Below, piece by piece: positions 7,719 through 17,424 of a DNA stretch of 27,883 nucleotides. Numbering within the stretch: position 1 is the stretch's first letter; every line of letters starts with the position of its first letter. The position numbers and the translations under genes are program-made. The notes under the pieces are model-generated. The model saw only the letters and a program-made list of their open reading frames with translations, ran no database searches and had not been told where the DNA came from. Origin of the DNA: Verrucomicrobiales bacterium (GTDB lineage: Bacteria; Verrucomicrobiota; Verrucomicrobiia; Verrucomicrobiales; Akkermansiaceae); contig DMYM01000431.1 in the NCBI GenBank assembly GCA_003483645.1, positions 1-27,883 on the forward strand. Direction: 5' to 3'.

Positions 7719-10700
7719 CTACTCGACAATCACGCGATAGAAGAGTTCGGCGGCCCCTGCTCCGTCATGAGGAATCATGGTGGTGCCCTCCGTGGCCTCC
7801 ACGGTAGAAACATCCGTCCAACTTCCCTCCGTCAGGTCCGGGCTCACCTGCAGGGTGTAGCTCCGACCCGGAACACTGTTCCATGTCGCCTGGGTGGCAG
7901 CTCCCACGCGCACCACTTCGATAAGGCGAAAGACCGAGAGACGGTCCAGGGGATCGGTCCCGGCAGCCACCTCTGCGCCATCGAGCGCGCCATCGCCATC
8001 GGTGTCCGGATTGAGAGGATCCGTTCCGGCCGCCGCCTCTTCACTATCGTCCAGTCCATCATTATCCGGGTCACCGAGGGACACTTCACCGGGCGTCCCT
8101 CCCACCGCCACGCTGGCACGCCAGTTGGCAGGATCATTATAGTTTCCTTCCGTGTTGATCACTTCCAGGGAAGCCCCCTGTCCATCCGCTTCGATCGGCC
8201 AGGACGGTTGATCCGAATACTGGAAATCGTGGATGATGTCTCCCCGCGGATCAATGAGCACGATCGACTCGCCGCCATTGCTCATGCTGCCATCCGCCCA
8301 TGCAGCCAGAACCCGGATGCTCCCCCCGTAGATGGCCTCGAAGTCAAGTTCGTCGGCCACCACCACAGCCACCTCACCAGGCGCCAGGTCGAGATCACCG
8401 AAAACCAGTTCGGCAAAGGGATCGCCGTCCTGGAACTGTACCTGAGAGAGATTGATGGTGGAGTTCCCGGTATTCATCAGTTCGATGAACTCCAGATCGA
8501 ACCCGTTGCCGAGATCGAGAGCATTGTACATGATCTCCGTGATCCGCAGTGAGTCCACGGCCGGACCGATCGCCGAGGCATCTGCCACCATGAAGTAATC
8601 GAACTCAAAACGAGCCATGATAGGCGCGGGCGTGGAGGCAAAGATTCCCGTCTGCGTGAGGGTGGATTCGGCCGCCATCCCCGCCACGTGAAGGGACTCC
8701 CAGACACCCGGGCTGGTTCGATAGTCGAAATGGAGGTCATCCCCCACCCGCCGGATGCGGACCACCGCGCTGTCCTTGACCCAGGAGATGGTGGCCAGGC
8801 GCGTCTCGGTCGTTCCCACGATTTTCCTCACCCGGAGGAAGTCTCCGTTTTCCATGCCCACCGCATAAATCACCTGCTGCCCGTTCTCCTGCACCTTGAG
8901 GATCAGGCCTGCGATGAATCCTCCCTGCTGAATGTTGGAAAGCTTCACGTCGGTCTGCAGCAGGATGTCGCCGGTCCCGGAAACATCACGCCAGAGGACC
9001 GGATAGGCCGGTGCCTGACTGCGCATCGACTTGGCCACGTCATCGTTCAGTTTGAGGACCAACTGACCCGGTCGATCACCGAGAGAGTACCAGGCGCTCC
9101 CGCTGTAATCATGACGCACTTCCACGTTCTCTTCGGTCCACGCCTCCGAGAGCGTCTCGTCGGTGAAGGGGTGCCAGCCGGATTCCGCGTAAACTGCAAT
9201 CTGCCGGGTGGCCACCGTCTCGCGCTGGTCGCCATCTTCCACCGTTGCGGTAAGGAGATAGAGACCCGGTTGCGGAAACTGAACGTTAACGCGCTCCGGA
9301 GACGGATTGTTCAGGACCGCCCCTTGATCTACTTCCCAGGAGAAGGTGAGGTCCGTGCCCTCCGGGTCAAAACTCGCACTCGCGTCCACCACCAGGGTAT
9401 CGTGCATGCCGATGTTCAAGGAAGCCGGCGTACTGTTGAGATCCACGACTGGAGGTGCGTTTCCGGTCTTGTTGACTCTGAAATTGTCACTGGCCACTAT
9501 CAGGCCTTCCGAATCGAGCGCCTCGAACTCAAGGTCGTTGCGCCCTTCCCTCAGGTAGATGCCCGAAACCGTCCACTCAGCCTGGTCGGTGAACTGGATC
9601 ACCGCCTCCGGGTGCCCGACCAGGCGGATATCGAAAGCCCGGTGATTGCTTGTCCCGTTCAGGTCTATGACATTCTCCGAAGTGCTGGAGGGGCCACTCA
9701 CTTCAAAGGGCGCGTTGGAGACCGCGCTCCCAATCTCGGTGTTCATGGCATAGTTCACCCGCCCGTTGTTGAAGTTGTGGTACCTGCTCGGGTTGATGGA
9801 GACTCTCCTGTTGGAGCGCGTTTCCAGGTCAAACCAGGTCTCCAGGCGCTCGGAAACCTTGGTGTACTTTTCCACCATCTCACCGATGTAGTAGTTCACC
9901 CGCTGTTCGACGTAGGGCTTATAGAAGAAGTTGCGCACGCCCGGAAGGCCCCCGATGAAGGGGGCCGAGGTATTCCCAAAGGTGAGATCGGAGTCCCACT
10001 GCAGCAGGATCCACTTGCCGTCGCTGTACTTGCGCAGGAAATAGCCGTTCTTGCCCCGGTTGCGGGTAAGGGTATCCCAGTCGTCGATCCAGCCCCGCAC
10101 CACTGCATTGGCTGCCATCATATCGATATCCGCCATGCGCTCCAGTTCCTCGCGGGTGAAGCGGTTCTGCCCCACCGAAAAGACCCAGTTGATGAAGGAC
10201 CCGTAATCGTATTCATCCTCCCGGGAACGTTTCATCCACTCGGCGTGGTACATGTTGGGCTCAACACTGCGACCGTCCACTCCCCAGTCGGCATTCTCCT
10301 GGGCGCGGCCCCAACCGTCGTCGAACCACCACTCGTCATCGATACGGTAAAGCTCCCCCTTCTCTCCCTGCTCCCAGTTGCGTTTCAGGAAGTCGTTGGC
10401 GTTTGTCTCCACGTCTTCCCGGATCATTGCTGGTCCGTTGTTGATCACGATTCGAACGAACTCGTTTTCATTCGAGGGATGCCCAAGGAGATAGAGCCAG
10501 TAGCGCGCCAGACGGTTGTTGTGGGACCGACCTGCCACCGGGTCGTCATCGATCGCACGGCGGGACCAGCCCCGGTAACGCTTGTCCCGGGGACTCTTCC
10601 ACTTGAGGTTCTTCCCCTGCGAGGTGCTGAAGTTGTCGGCGCGCTGCCACGGACTCCCGGCCTTGCGAAACTCGGCATTGTAGATGACGTGCCGCTCGTT

Positions 10701-13073
10701 GGCGATGAAGGTGCAGTCGAAGAACTGGTTGGAGAGGCGGGGGAAGGCATAGTTGTAGGAGGAACCCTGTCCCGTATTCCCCAGGGCCTGCACGCTGCGG
10801 GCAGACAGGATAAAGCGCTGGCTCCGCAGATCCCGAGGGACTGCGGTGGTATCGACAATGAACATGGCTGGTCGCGCCGGCGCCAGACTCGGCATCACGG
10901 TGGCATCTCCGCTCCCGTTGTCGGTCTCCACGTAGAACTGCGCAATCGTGCCATCCGAGGTGTACTGGTTCAGGGTGGCCGTATAGATTCCGTCTCCCGC
11001 CACATTGTCGCCGTTGGTGCCATCATCCACCATGAGGGTCGTGCTCCAGGAGGAATTCTGGTTCGTGCTGTCGAGACGATGGCGCAGGTTGACGGTGGGC
11101 GCGGTGGCAGAATCCACTTTCACTGTGACCTCCACCGGATTGCCACGCGGAACGGCCGGACTGTGAATGAGCCCGCTCAGAGTAGGCACTGCCGAGGAAA
11201 TCAGCGCCGAGTTGGGTGCTCCCGCGGTCCCCAGATCCCTGGGCACGGGCAGACGCAGCACCCCACCGAAGGAACGGTCCCAAGTGTGCACGATCACGGT
11301 GGGCTTTCCGTAGACCCACCGGGCCTCGCACGCAAATGTCAGGGAATCCGATCTGTTCATCCCGGTCACGTCGATCTCCACCCGGTTGGCCTTGATGTCC
11401 CCGTGACCAGTCGAGACAAGATGAAACTCACGTCCCTCCATGTGGCTGAGGTGCTGGGTCCCCTGGCAGAGCCATCCGACTGTTCCCTGGCCGTTGTTGC
11501 TGACCCGCTCCCCGTTGCTCGGCAGCAGATTGGGTCCCACCCCCCTCACGGAAAAGTTCATGTTCCGCATTGCGATCTGGCAATCGCCCACGCCATGCAT
11601 GTGCAACTCCTTATAGCTGCTCTCCCCGCCCATCGTACGCAACCGGTCGTAACGGTCAGTGATGGCAAAGCTCGTCCACTCTCCCTTCTGTGACTCGTCG
11701 GAATCCCTCCAGGCAGTGGGGACGGAGTTGTCCATCTCCGGGTGACGCAGTTCGAGGGAACTGCCGAGGCCGCCCGCTTTCTCGGGCCAGTCACCGCCGG
11801 TATGATAGTGGACTTCGTCCACCAGGTTGCCCCAGGCATCCTCAATGCGGAGGAGTTCGTTGTTATTGTTCAGGTTGCCGCTATACTGCCCGATGATGCG
11901 GGCCTGTGGGAAGGCGGCCCCGGTAATGCGCTGATTGGCGGCAATGATGACATGCTCGCCGGGGTCGATCACAGCCCCAGCCGGGAAGCGGAAGCTCACT
12001 CCCTCCGAAATCCGCCAGCCACTCATGTCCACGCCGGAACCTCCCTTGTTGTAAAGCTCGATGAACTCACCATCACGATGCCCGGAGGGCGGCTCTAGCA
12101 TGAGTTCGTTGATGACCACCCCGGTCTCGCGATCCGGATTGTTCGGAGCGTCTCGGCTTCCCTGGGCAGAGGAGTAAAAGTCGGTCGAGCCATCGGGATA
12201 AGCCGCGGCGTGATCACGCCCCGTATCCCGGTCATAATCCACCGCACTACGCACTACATTGTTGGCATCGACGAGGAAGGCCACGCTGTTGTTGGAGAAC
12301 CCCACATCGAAGCTGAGGAAGCCATTCCCCGGCACTGATCCGGAGATATTCACCTTGTCGCCAAAGCCACGAGCCCCGCTCAGGAAGAAACCGTCCACAC
12401 TCTGGGGCGTCTGGGAGCTGTTGTGGATTTCAATCCAGTCGACATCCCCATTCTCGTCGAAATGCACCTCATTGATGAAGAGCGCGGAAACCACCGCACT
12501 GTCGGAGTTGCCGGGAAATCCTCCCACCCTTGAACTGGGACCCCAGCTCCGGTAGTCATCAGTAGCGCGCTCGCTATCTGTCAGGACCAGACTGTGCCCC
12601 GCACCGTCGGGAGCAACAGGCCAGGGGTGCTCGTCGTCGTAGCGCACCGACGCCATGATGACTCCGTTCTTGTCCCGCAACGTGACCCGCTCACCCGCGT
12701 TGTCCAGGGAACCGGTCCATGGACCGAACACCTGGATCGCTTCCGATACGCCGTAGGCGGCGCGGAAGGCGGCAGGATCACCCTCACACACCACGATCTT
12801 CCGTCGACCGATAAGGAAGGAATCCGTGGCGGCGGCGGGATCGAATCCGGGGAAGGTATAACTGACACCGCCAGTCACCTCCCATTCCGCAATATCAAAG
12901 ACGGTAGAGGTAAGATTATCGATCTCGATGAATTCCGGAAGCGGCGTCTCACCCTCCGGAACCATCTGCGGGTGATACATGATCTCCCTGATTACAACCT
13001 GCTCGGCCCAAAGGGACTGCGTGAACAAGGGGACACAAAGGAACGATATGGTGATCGCAAGGGAATGTTTCAT
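7719..13073 (-). CDS. Giant secreted lamin-tail-domain / CotH-like kinase protein, paralog 2 (about 1784 aa)
   Basis: Signal peptide MKHSLAITISFLCVPLFTQSLWA-EQ. Colinear with paralog 1 except for a missing block of about 316 aa. Kinase core DDWDT...KNGYF...WILLQWDSDLTFG, DxDxDG repeats and a C-terminal ...FYRVIVE. Start reassigned from 13154 to the ATG at 13073. Confidence 0.88.
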   Translation of the reverse strand: MKHSLAITISFLCVPLFTQSLWAEQVVIREIMYHPQMVPEGETPLPEFIEIDNLTSTVFDIAEWEVTGGVSYTFPGFDPAAATDSFLIGRRKIVVCEGDPAAFRAAYGVSEAIQVFGPWTGSLDNAGERVTLRDKNGVIMASVRYDDEHPWPVAPDGAGHSLVLTDSERATDDYRSWGPSSRVGGFPGNSDSAVVSALFINEVHFDENGDVDWIEIHNSSQTPQSVDGFFLSGARGFGDKVNISGSVPGNGFLSFDVGFSNNSVAFLVDANNVVRSAVDYDRDTGRDHAAAYPDGSTDFYSSAQGSRDAPNNPDRETGVVINELMLEPPSGHRDGEFIELYNKGGSGVDMSGWRISEGVSFRFPAGAVIDPGEHVIIAANQRITGAAFPQARIIGQYSGNLNNNNELLRIEDAWGNLVDEVHYHTGGDWPEKAGGLGSSLELRHPEMDNSVPTAWRDSDESQKGEWTSFAITDRYDRLRTMGGESSYKELHMHGVGDCQIAMRNMNFSVRGVGPNLLPSNGERVSNNGQGTVGWLCQGTQHLSHMEGREFHLVSTGHGDIKANRVEIDVTGMNRSDSLTFACEARWVYGKPTVIVHTWDRSFGGVLRLPVPRDLGTAGAPNSALISSAVPTLSGLIHSPAVPRGNPVEVTVKVDSATAPTVNLRHRLDSTNQNSSWSTTLMVDDGTNGDNVAGDGIYTATLNQYTSDGTIAQFYVETDNGSGDATVMPSLAPARPAMFIVDTTAVPRDLRSQRFILSARSVQALGNTGQGSSYNYAFPRLSNQFFDCTFIANERHVIYNAEFRKAGSPWQRADNFSTSQGKNLKWKSPRDKRYRGWSRRAIDDDPVAGRSHNNRLARYWLYLLGHPSNENEFVRIVINNGPAMIREDVETNANDFLKRNWEQGEKGELYRIDDEWWFDDGWGRAQENADWGVDGRSVEPNMYHAEWMKRSREDEYDYGSFINWVFSVGQNRFTREELERMADIDMMAANAVVRGWIDDWDTLTRNRGKNGYFLRKYSDGKWILLQWDSDLTFGNTSAPFIGGLPGVRNFFYKPYVEQRVNYYIGEMVEKYTKVSERLETWFDLETRSNRRVSINPSRYHNFNNGRVNYAMNTEIGSAVSNAPFEVSGPSSTSENVIDLNGTSNHRAFDIRLVGHPEAVIQFTDQAEWTVSGIYLREGRNDLEFEALDSEGLIVASDNFRVNKTGNAPPVVDLNSTPASLNIGMHDTLVVDASASFDPEGTDLTFSWEVDQGAVLNNPSPERVNVQFPQPGLYLLTATVEDGDQRETVATRQIAVYAESGWHPFTDETLSEAWTEENVEVRHDYSGSAWYSLGDRPGQLVLKLNDDVAKSMRSQAPAYPVLWRDVSGTGDILLQTDVKLSNIQQGGFIAGLILKVQENGQQVIYAVGMENGDFLRVRKIVGTTETRLATISWVKDSAVVRIRRVGDDLHFDYRTSPGVWESLHVAGMAAESTLTQTGIFASTPAPIMARFEFDYFMVADASAIGPAVDSLRITEIMYNALDLGNGFDLEFIELMNTGNSTINLSQVQFQDGDPFAELVFGDLDLAPGEVAVVVADELDFEAIYGGSIRVLAAWADGSMSNGGESIVLIDPRGDIIHDFQYSDQPSWPIEADGQGASLEVINTEGNYNDPANWRASVAVGGTPGEVSLGDPDNDGLDDSEEAAAGTDPLNPDTDGDGALDGAEVAAGTDPLDRLSVFRLIEVVRVGAATQATWNSVPGRSYTLQVSPDLTEGSWTDVSTVEATEGTTMIPHDGAGAAELFYRVIVE

Positions 13074-13319
13074 CTTTCTGGGATCCCAAAAAAGGGGGTG
13101 ATGGGTTTCGGCCGCCCAGTGGCCTGGCTTTATTTTTTCCGGACAAACCCTCATGTAAAGGTGGAAAGAGGACAGATTCGAAAAGAGTTCTTTTGAACAG
13201 TTCCCCAGGCCCGGTCGGAACCAGAATACCTGTCACCCATCCACTCCCCTCCCGCAAGGACTTCTTGCAATAGCCTGAAGAAAAACAAATTTGGCAGGCG
13301 CCCCTCCTATCCGCCCATG

Positions 13320-13339
13320 ACTCACGTGAACGAGTGAGT
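13320..13339. promoter_or_regulatory. Candidate operator ACTCAC-N8-GTGAGT in a divergent promoter region
   Basis: Perfect 6-bp inverted repeat that also contains the palindrome TCACGTGA (13322-13329). The same TCAC-N8-GTGA core recurs at 27343-27358 upstream of the other DUF1549 gene. Confidence 0.4.
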
Positions 13340-13416
13340 GGGAAATTCGGGTTGAGATGAGATAGGGATCATTTAACACCAAGTACGCGGAAGACCGACC
13401 GACTCCGCTCCCAGTC

Positions 13417-15885
13417 ATGAGATTTCCGATCCTGCTCCCGCGTACGGGCGCCCTCCAGGGCACCTTATTGTTCGCCGCCCTCATCTTCACTGCCCCCTCT
13501 GCCACCCTCGGCCAGAAGATCGACTTCGCCCGCGAGGTGCTCCCCATTCTCTCCAACAAGTGCTTCGTCTGCCACGGACCGGACACCAAGAAAAAGAAAC
13601 AGCTCCGTCTCGATTCCTACGAGGATGCCACCGCTGACCGCGGCGGCTATCACGCTATCGATCCCAACAATCCCGCCGAGAGTGAGATCCTCGCACGGCT
13701 TCACGACAAGGAAGATCCCATGCCGCCCGAGGATGCCGAGAAGCAACTGCCCGATGCCGAACGGAAAATCCTCATACAGTGGGTGAAGGAGGGAGGAACC
13801 TACGCCAGGCACTGGTCCTTCGTTGCACCCCGACGCACCGATCCATCCAAGGGTGCCACTTCAAATGGTCCAATCGACCGCTTCGTGGAATCCAAGCTCA
13901 AGGAAAAGTCCGATGGCAAGGTGGGTTTCGCCCCGGGGGCTGATCGCGCCACCCTCGCCCGGCGGGCCGCTCTTACTCTGACTGGCCTCCCGCCAGAGCC
14001 CACTGAGCTCGCCACTTTCCTTGCCGACGACAAAGCCGACGCCTATCCCCGTTTTCTCGACAAGCTCATGCAAAGCCCGCGTTACGGCGAGCATCAGGCC
14101 CGCTATTGGCTCGACGCCGTACGCTACGGCGACACCCATGGACTCCACCTCGACAACAAGCGTGGTATCTATCCCTATCGCGACTGGATCGTGCGAGCCT
14201 TCAACAAGAACCTTCCGCTCGACGATTTCATCCTGTGGCAACTGGCTGGTGATCTCCTTCCCAATCCCACCATCGAACAGAACGTGGCCACTGGCTTCGT
14301 CCGCATGAACCCCACCACCGCAGAGGGCGGAGCCATCCCGGCTGAGTTTCAGTGCAAGAACAATTTCGATCGCACCGAGACGCTCGGCACCATCCTCCTC
14401 GGCATGACAATGACCTGCGCCCGTTGTCACACCCACAAGTATGACCCCATCACGCAAACCGAGTATTACCAGCTCCTCGCCTTCTTCAACTCCACTTCGG
14501 AGTCCCCCATGGATGGCAACAAATACGAATACGGGCCGATCATGAAGGTTCCGGCTGATCAGGAAGCCTGGGATGAATGGGAGGGATTGACCTCGGAACG
14601 CAAAGGCCTCCTGCAGGAAGTGGCCAGTCAGCACCCTGGCCTGCTGACCGGTGGGGAGAAGGAGGCATGGGAGAAGTCACCGGCCCGTGACAAACTGAAC
14701 CGGATTGCAGACCCCAAGGGTCCCTTCAAGGATTCACCGCTCCATCAGAAGGCCTCAACCCTGGCCAAGCGCTTCAACGAATCAGAGAAGCGCTTCACTC
14801 CCACCCTCGTGGCTCGCGAACTGGGCAAGCCTCGTCCTACCAAGATGCTCCTGCGCGGCGAGTACGACCGCCCTGTCGGCGAACCGGTGCAACCCGATAT
14901 CCCTTCGGCCATGGGAGCGCTTCCCGAGAATGCCCCGCGCAATCGCCTCGGACTCGCCCAGTGGCTCGTCTCCCGTGACAATCCGCTCGTCGCCCGCGTC
15001 CTCGTCAACCGTATCTGGCAACGGGTCTTCGGTGAGGCTATCGTGCGCTCGCCCGAGGACTTCGGCCTCCAGGGCAAGCAACCGACCCACCCGGAACTGC
15101 TCGACTGGCTCGCGGTCGAACTGCAGGAAAGCGGTTGGAATCTGCAGCACATGCTCCGTCTCATCCTCACCAGCAAGACCTTCAGACAGCAGTCCGCCCA
15201 CCGGAAGAGCGCCTTTGAAGATCCCGAAAACCTCTGGTACGCCCGGGGACCCAGCTACCGCCTCGACGCAGAGGTTATTCGCGACATGGCTCTCTGGTCC
15301 AGCAAGCTCCTCGACGGACACATGGGTGGGGAAGGAGTGAAGCCCTACCAGCCCGCCGGCCTCTGGAAGGCGCTCATGCACCCTGGCAGCAACACCAAGA
15401 ACTACGTCGCCGACAAGGGGACCAAACTCTACCGCCGCAGCCTCTACGTTTACTGGAAACGCACCAGCCCCCATCCCATGATGATCCTCTTTGACGCCCC
15501 TGACCGCGAGTCGAGTTGTGTCCGCCGCTCGCGCACCAACACTTCCCTGCAGTCACTGGGCCTTCTCAATGAAACGCAGCGCATTGAAATGTCCCGCATC
15601 CTGGCGGAGCGCCTTGTTACCGAGGCCAAGGACGACGACAGTCGTCTGGATCTCCTCTTCACCCTGGTGGCCAGTCGGACGCCCAACGACGCCGAGAGAA
15701 AAGCCTGTGACGTCCTGCTGGAAAAGATGCAGACCCGCTACCAGTCCGCGAAGGAAGATGCCCTTGCCCTCCTCTCCACCGGCAACTCTCCCCGTAACGA
15801 AGCTCTCAACCCCGCCGAGGTGGCAGCCTGGAGCCAGGTGGCGACTACGGTACTGGCAAGCGATGTGGCGCTCCTGCTCCACTGA
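13417..15885 (+). CDS. PSD1 and planctomycete cytochrome C domain-containing protein (cytochrome c + DUF1549 + DUF1553)
   Basis: Signal peptide, then IDFAREVLPILSNKCFVCHGPD (CxxCH). DUF1549 motifs HWSF, RRAALTLTGLPP, YGEHQARYWLDAVRYGDT and CARCHTHKYDP. DUF1553 motifs RLGLAQWL, NRIWQ, PTHPELLDWLA and YRRSLY. Confidence 0.95.
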   Translation: MRFPILLPRTGALQGTLLFAALIFTAPSATLGQKIDFAREVLPILSNKCFVCHGPDTKKKKQLRLDSYEDATADRGGYHAIDPNNPAESEILARLHDKEDPMPPEDAEKQLPDAERKILIQWVKEGGTYARHWSFVAPRRTDPSKGATSNGPIDRFVESKLKEKSDGKVGFAPGADRATLARRAALTLTGLPPEPTELATFLADDKADAYPRFLDKLMQSPRYGEHQARYWLDAVRYGDTHGLHLDNKRGIYPYRDWIVRAFNKNLPLDDFILWQLAGDLLPNPTIEQNVATGFVRMNPTTAEGGAIPAEFQCKNNFDRTETLGTILLGMTMTCARCHTHKYDPITQTEYYQLLAFFNSTSESPMDGNKYEYGPIMKVPADQEAWDEWEGLTSERKGLLQEVASQHPGLLTGGEKEAWEKSPARDKLNRIADPKGPFKDSPLHQKASTLAKRFNESEKRFTPTLVARELGKPRPTKMLLRGEYDRPVGEPVQPDIPSAMGALPENAPRNRLGLAQWLVSRDNPLVARVLVNRIWQRVFGEAIVRSPEDFGLQGKQPTHPELLDWLAVELQESGWNLQHMLRLILTSKTFRQQSAHRKSAFEDPENLWYARGPSYRLDAEVIRDMALWSSKLLDGHMGGEGVKPYQPAGLWKALMHPGSNTKNYVADKGTKLYRRSLYVYWKRTSPHPMMILFDAPDRESSCVRRSRTNTSLQSLGLLNETQRIEMSRILAERLVTEAKDDDSRLDLLFTLVASRTPNDAERKACDVLLEKMQTRYQSAKEDALALLSTGNSPRNEALNPAEVAAWSQVATTVLASDVALLLH

Positions 15886-15927
15886 CTCTTCCGCCCACAC
15901 TCCAGAAACTGAAAACCATGCCCTGAC

Positions 15928-17424
15928 ATGAATCTTCACGACCACCAACTCTCCATCACACGCCGCCAGCTCTTTGGGCGCTCCGCCCTCGGGCTGGGAA
16001 CCGCGGCCATGGCACAGATGCTGCCCCACGAATTGCTGGCGGCCGAGGGAAAGGCCGCCCTCAATGGCGGAATTCACCATCGTGCTACTGCCAAGCGCGT
16101 CATCTATCTCTTCATGAGCGGGGGGCCCAGCCACCTCGACACCTGGGACTACAAGCCCAGGATGCGTGAGATGTTCGGCCAGGACCTGCCCAAGCACATC
16201 CGCGACGGACAACGGATCACGGGGATGACCGCCGGGCAGAAAACGCACCCGGTCTGCCCTTCCAAGTACAAGTTTACCAAGCATGAAAACAACCAGGAGG
16301 GCCTGTGGGCAAGCGAGCTGCTTCCCCATACCGCCAAGGTCGCCAAGGAGCTCTGCGTGGTGAACAGCACCTACACCGAGGCCATCAACCACGATCCCGC
16401 CATCACCTACATCCAGACCGGTAGCCAGATCCCCGGGCGTCCCAGCCTGGGCGCCTGGCTCAGCTACGGACTGGGCAACATGAACGAGGACCTGCCCGGC
16501 TACATCGTCATGCATGCCAAAACCAGCTTCCCCGAGCAAAGCCTCTTCAACCGTCTCTGGGGTCCCGGCTTCCTGCCTGCCGAGCACCAGGGTGTGCTCC
16601 TCCGCAGCCAGGGCGATCCGGTCCTCTACCTCAGCAATCCCAAGGGCACCTCCCGCGAGGATCGCCGCGCCCAGCTCGACACCCTCGCTGCCCTCAACAG
16701 GAGCCAGCACGAGAAGTCCCTCGATCCCCAGACCCTCGCCCGCATCAAGCAGCACGAGATGGCCTTCCGCATGCAGACTTCCGTCCCTGAACTGATGGAT
16801 CTCACCAAGGAAAGCGACAAGACCTTCGAACTCTACGGCGAGGAGGCACGCCAGGCCGGCACCTTCGCGGCCTGCTGTCTCAATGCCCGCCGTCTCGCCG
16901 AGCGAGAGGTCCGCAACATCCAGATCTTCCACCGCGGCTGGGATGCCCACGGTGGCCTGCCCCGCGAGCACGAATCCCAGTGCAGGGACATCGACCGCGC
17001 CTGCTACGCCCTCATCACCGACTTGAAACAGCGCGGGATGCTCGATGAAACCCTCGTCGTCTGGGGCGGAGAATTCGGCCGCACCTCCTACTGCCAGGGC
17101 AAACTCACCAAGGAAAACTACGGACGCGATCATCACCCCCGCTGCTTTACCACCTGGATGGCCGGAGGCGGCATCAAGCCCGGCACCACCTACGGAAAGA
17201 GCGATGACTACGGCTACAATATCGCCAACCCCGACGGAACCCCCATGTTACCCAAGCCCGAGAAGGACAAGTGGACTCCCGGCACCATGCACATCCACGA
17301 CCGCAACGCCACTATCCTGCATCTTCTGGGTATCAACCACCGCCGCCTCACCTACCGCTACCAGGGACGCGACTTCCGCCTCACTGATATCCACGGTCAC
17401 GTGCTGAAGGATATCCTTACGTGA
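15928..17424 (+). CDS. DUF1501 domain-containing protein (twin-arginine leader)
   Basis: TRRQLFGRSALGLG leader; AKRVIYLFMSGGPSHLDTWDYKP, INHDPA, GWDAH, WGGEFGRT, GRDHHP, GRDFRLTD. It starts 42 nt after the PSD1 gene, which is the usual pairing. Confidence 0.95.
   Translation: MNLHDHQLSITRRQLFGRSALGLGTAAMAQMLPHELLAAEGKAALNGGIHHRATAKRVIYLFMSGGPSHLDTWDYKPRMREMFGQDLPKHIRDGQRITGMTAGQKTHPVCPSKYKFTKHENNQEGLWASELLPHTAKVAKELCVVNSTYTEAINHDPAITYIQTGSQIPGRPSLGAWLSYGLGNMNEDLPGYIVMHAKTSFPEQSLFNRLWGPGFLPAEHQGVLLRSQGDPVLYLSNPKGTSREDRRAQLDTLAALNRSQHEKSLDPQTLARIKQHEMAFRMQTSVPELMDLTKESDKTFELYGEEARQAGTFAACCLNARRLAEREVRNIQIFHRGWDAHGGLPREHESQCRDIDRACYALITDLKQRGMLDETLVVWGGEFGRTSYCQGKLTKENYGRDHHPRCFTTWMAGGGIKPGTTYGKSDDYGYNIANPDGTPMLPKPEKDKWTPGTMHIHDRNATILHLLGINHRRLTYRYQGRDFRLTDIHGHVLKDILT

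Noticed and set aside
8688-11693. 1001-aa ORF on the + strand
   Set aside because: Antisense shadow of CotH paralog 2. It has no recognisable motifs, and long stop-free antisense frames are expected in GC-rich coding DNA.
1209-13073. CotH genes as evidence of sporulation or a fungal-type invasin; RGD tripeptide in paralog 1
   Set aside because: No sporulation genes are in view, and the RGD is not conserved in paralog 2 (QQGGF at the equivalent position).
1209-13073. Horizontal acquisition of the giant genes (codons look less C-ending than in the DUF1501 genes)
   Set aside because: An impression only, not computed. There is no integrase, tRNA, transposase or flanking direct repeat.
15553-17136. 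527-aa minus-strand ORF, and likewise the + strand ORFs 20325-21707 (460 aa) and 25294-26886 (530 aa)
   Set aside because: Each lies antisense to a well-supported gene and shows no family motifs.
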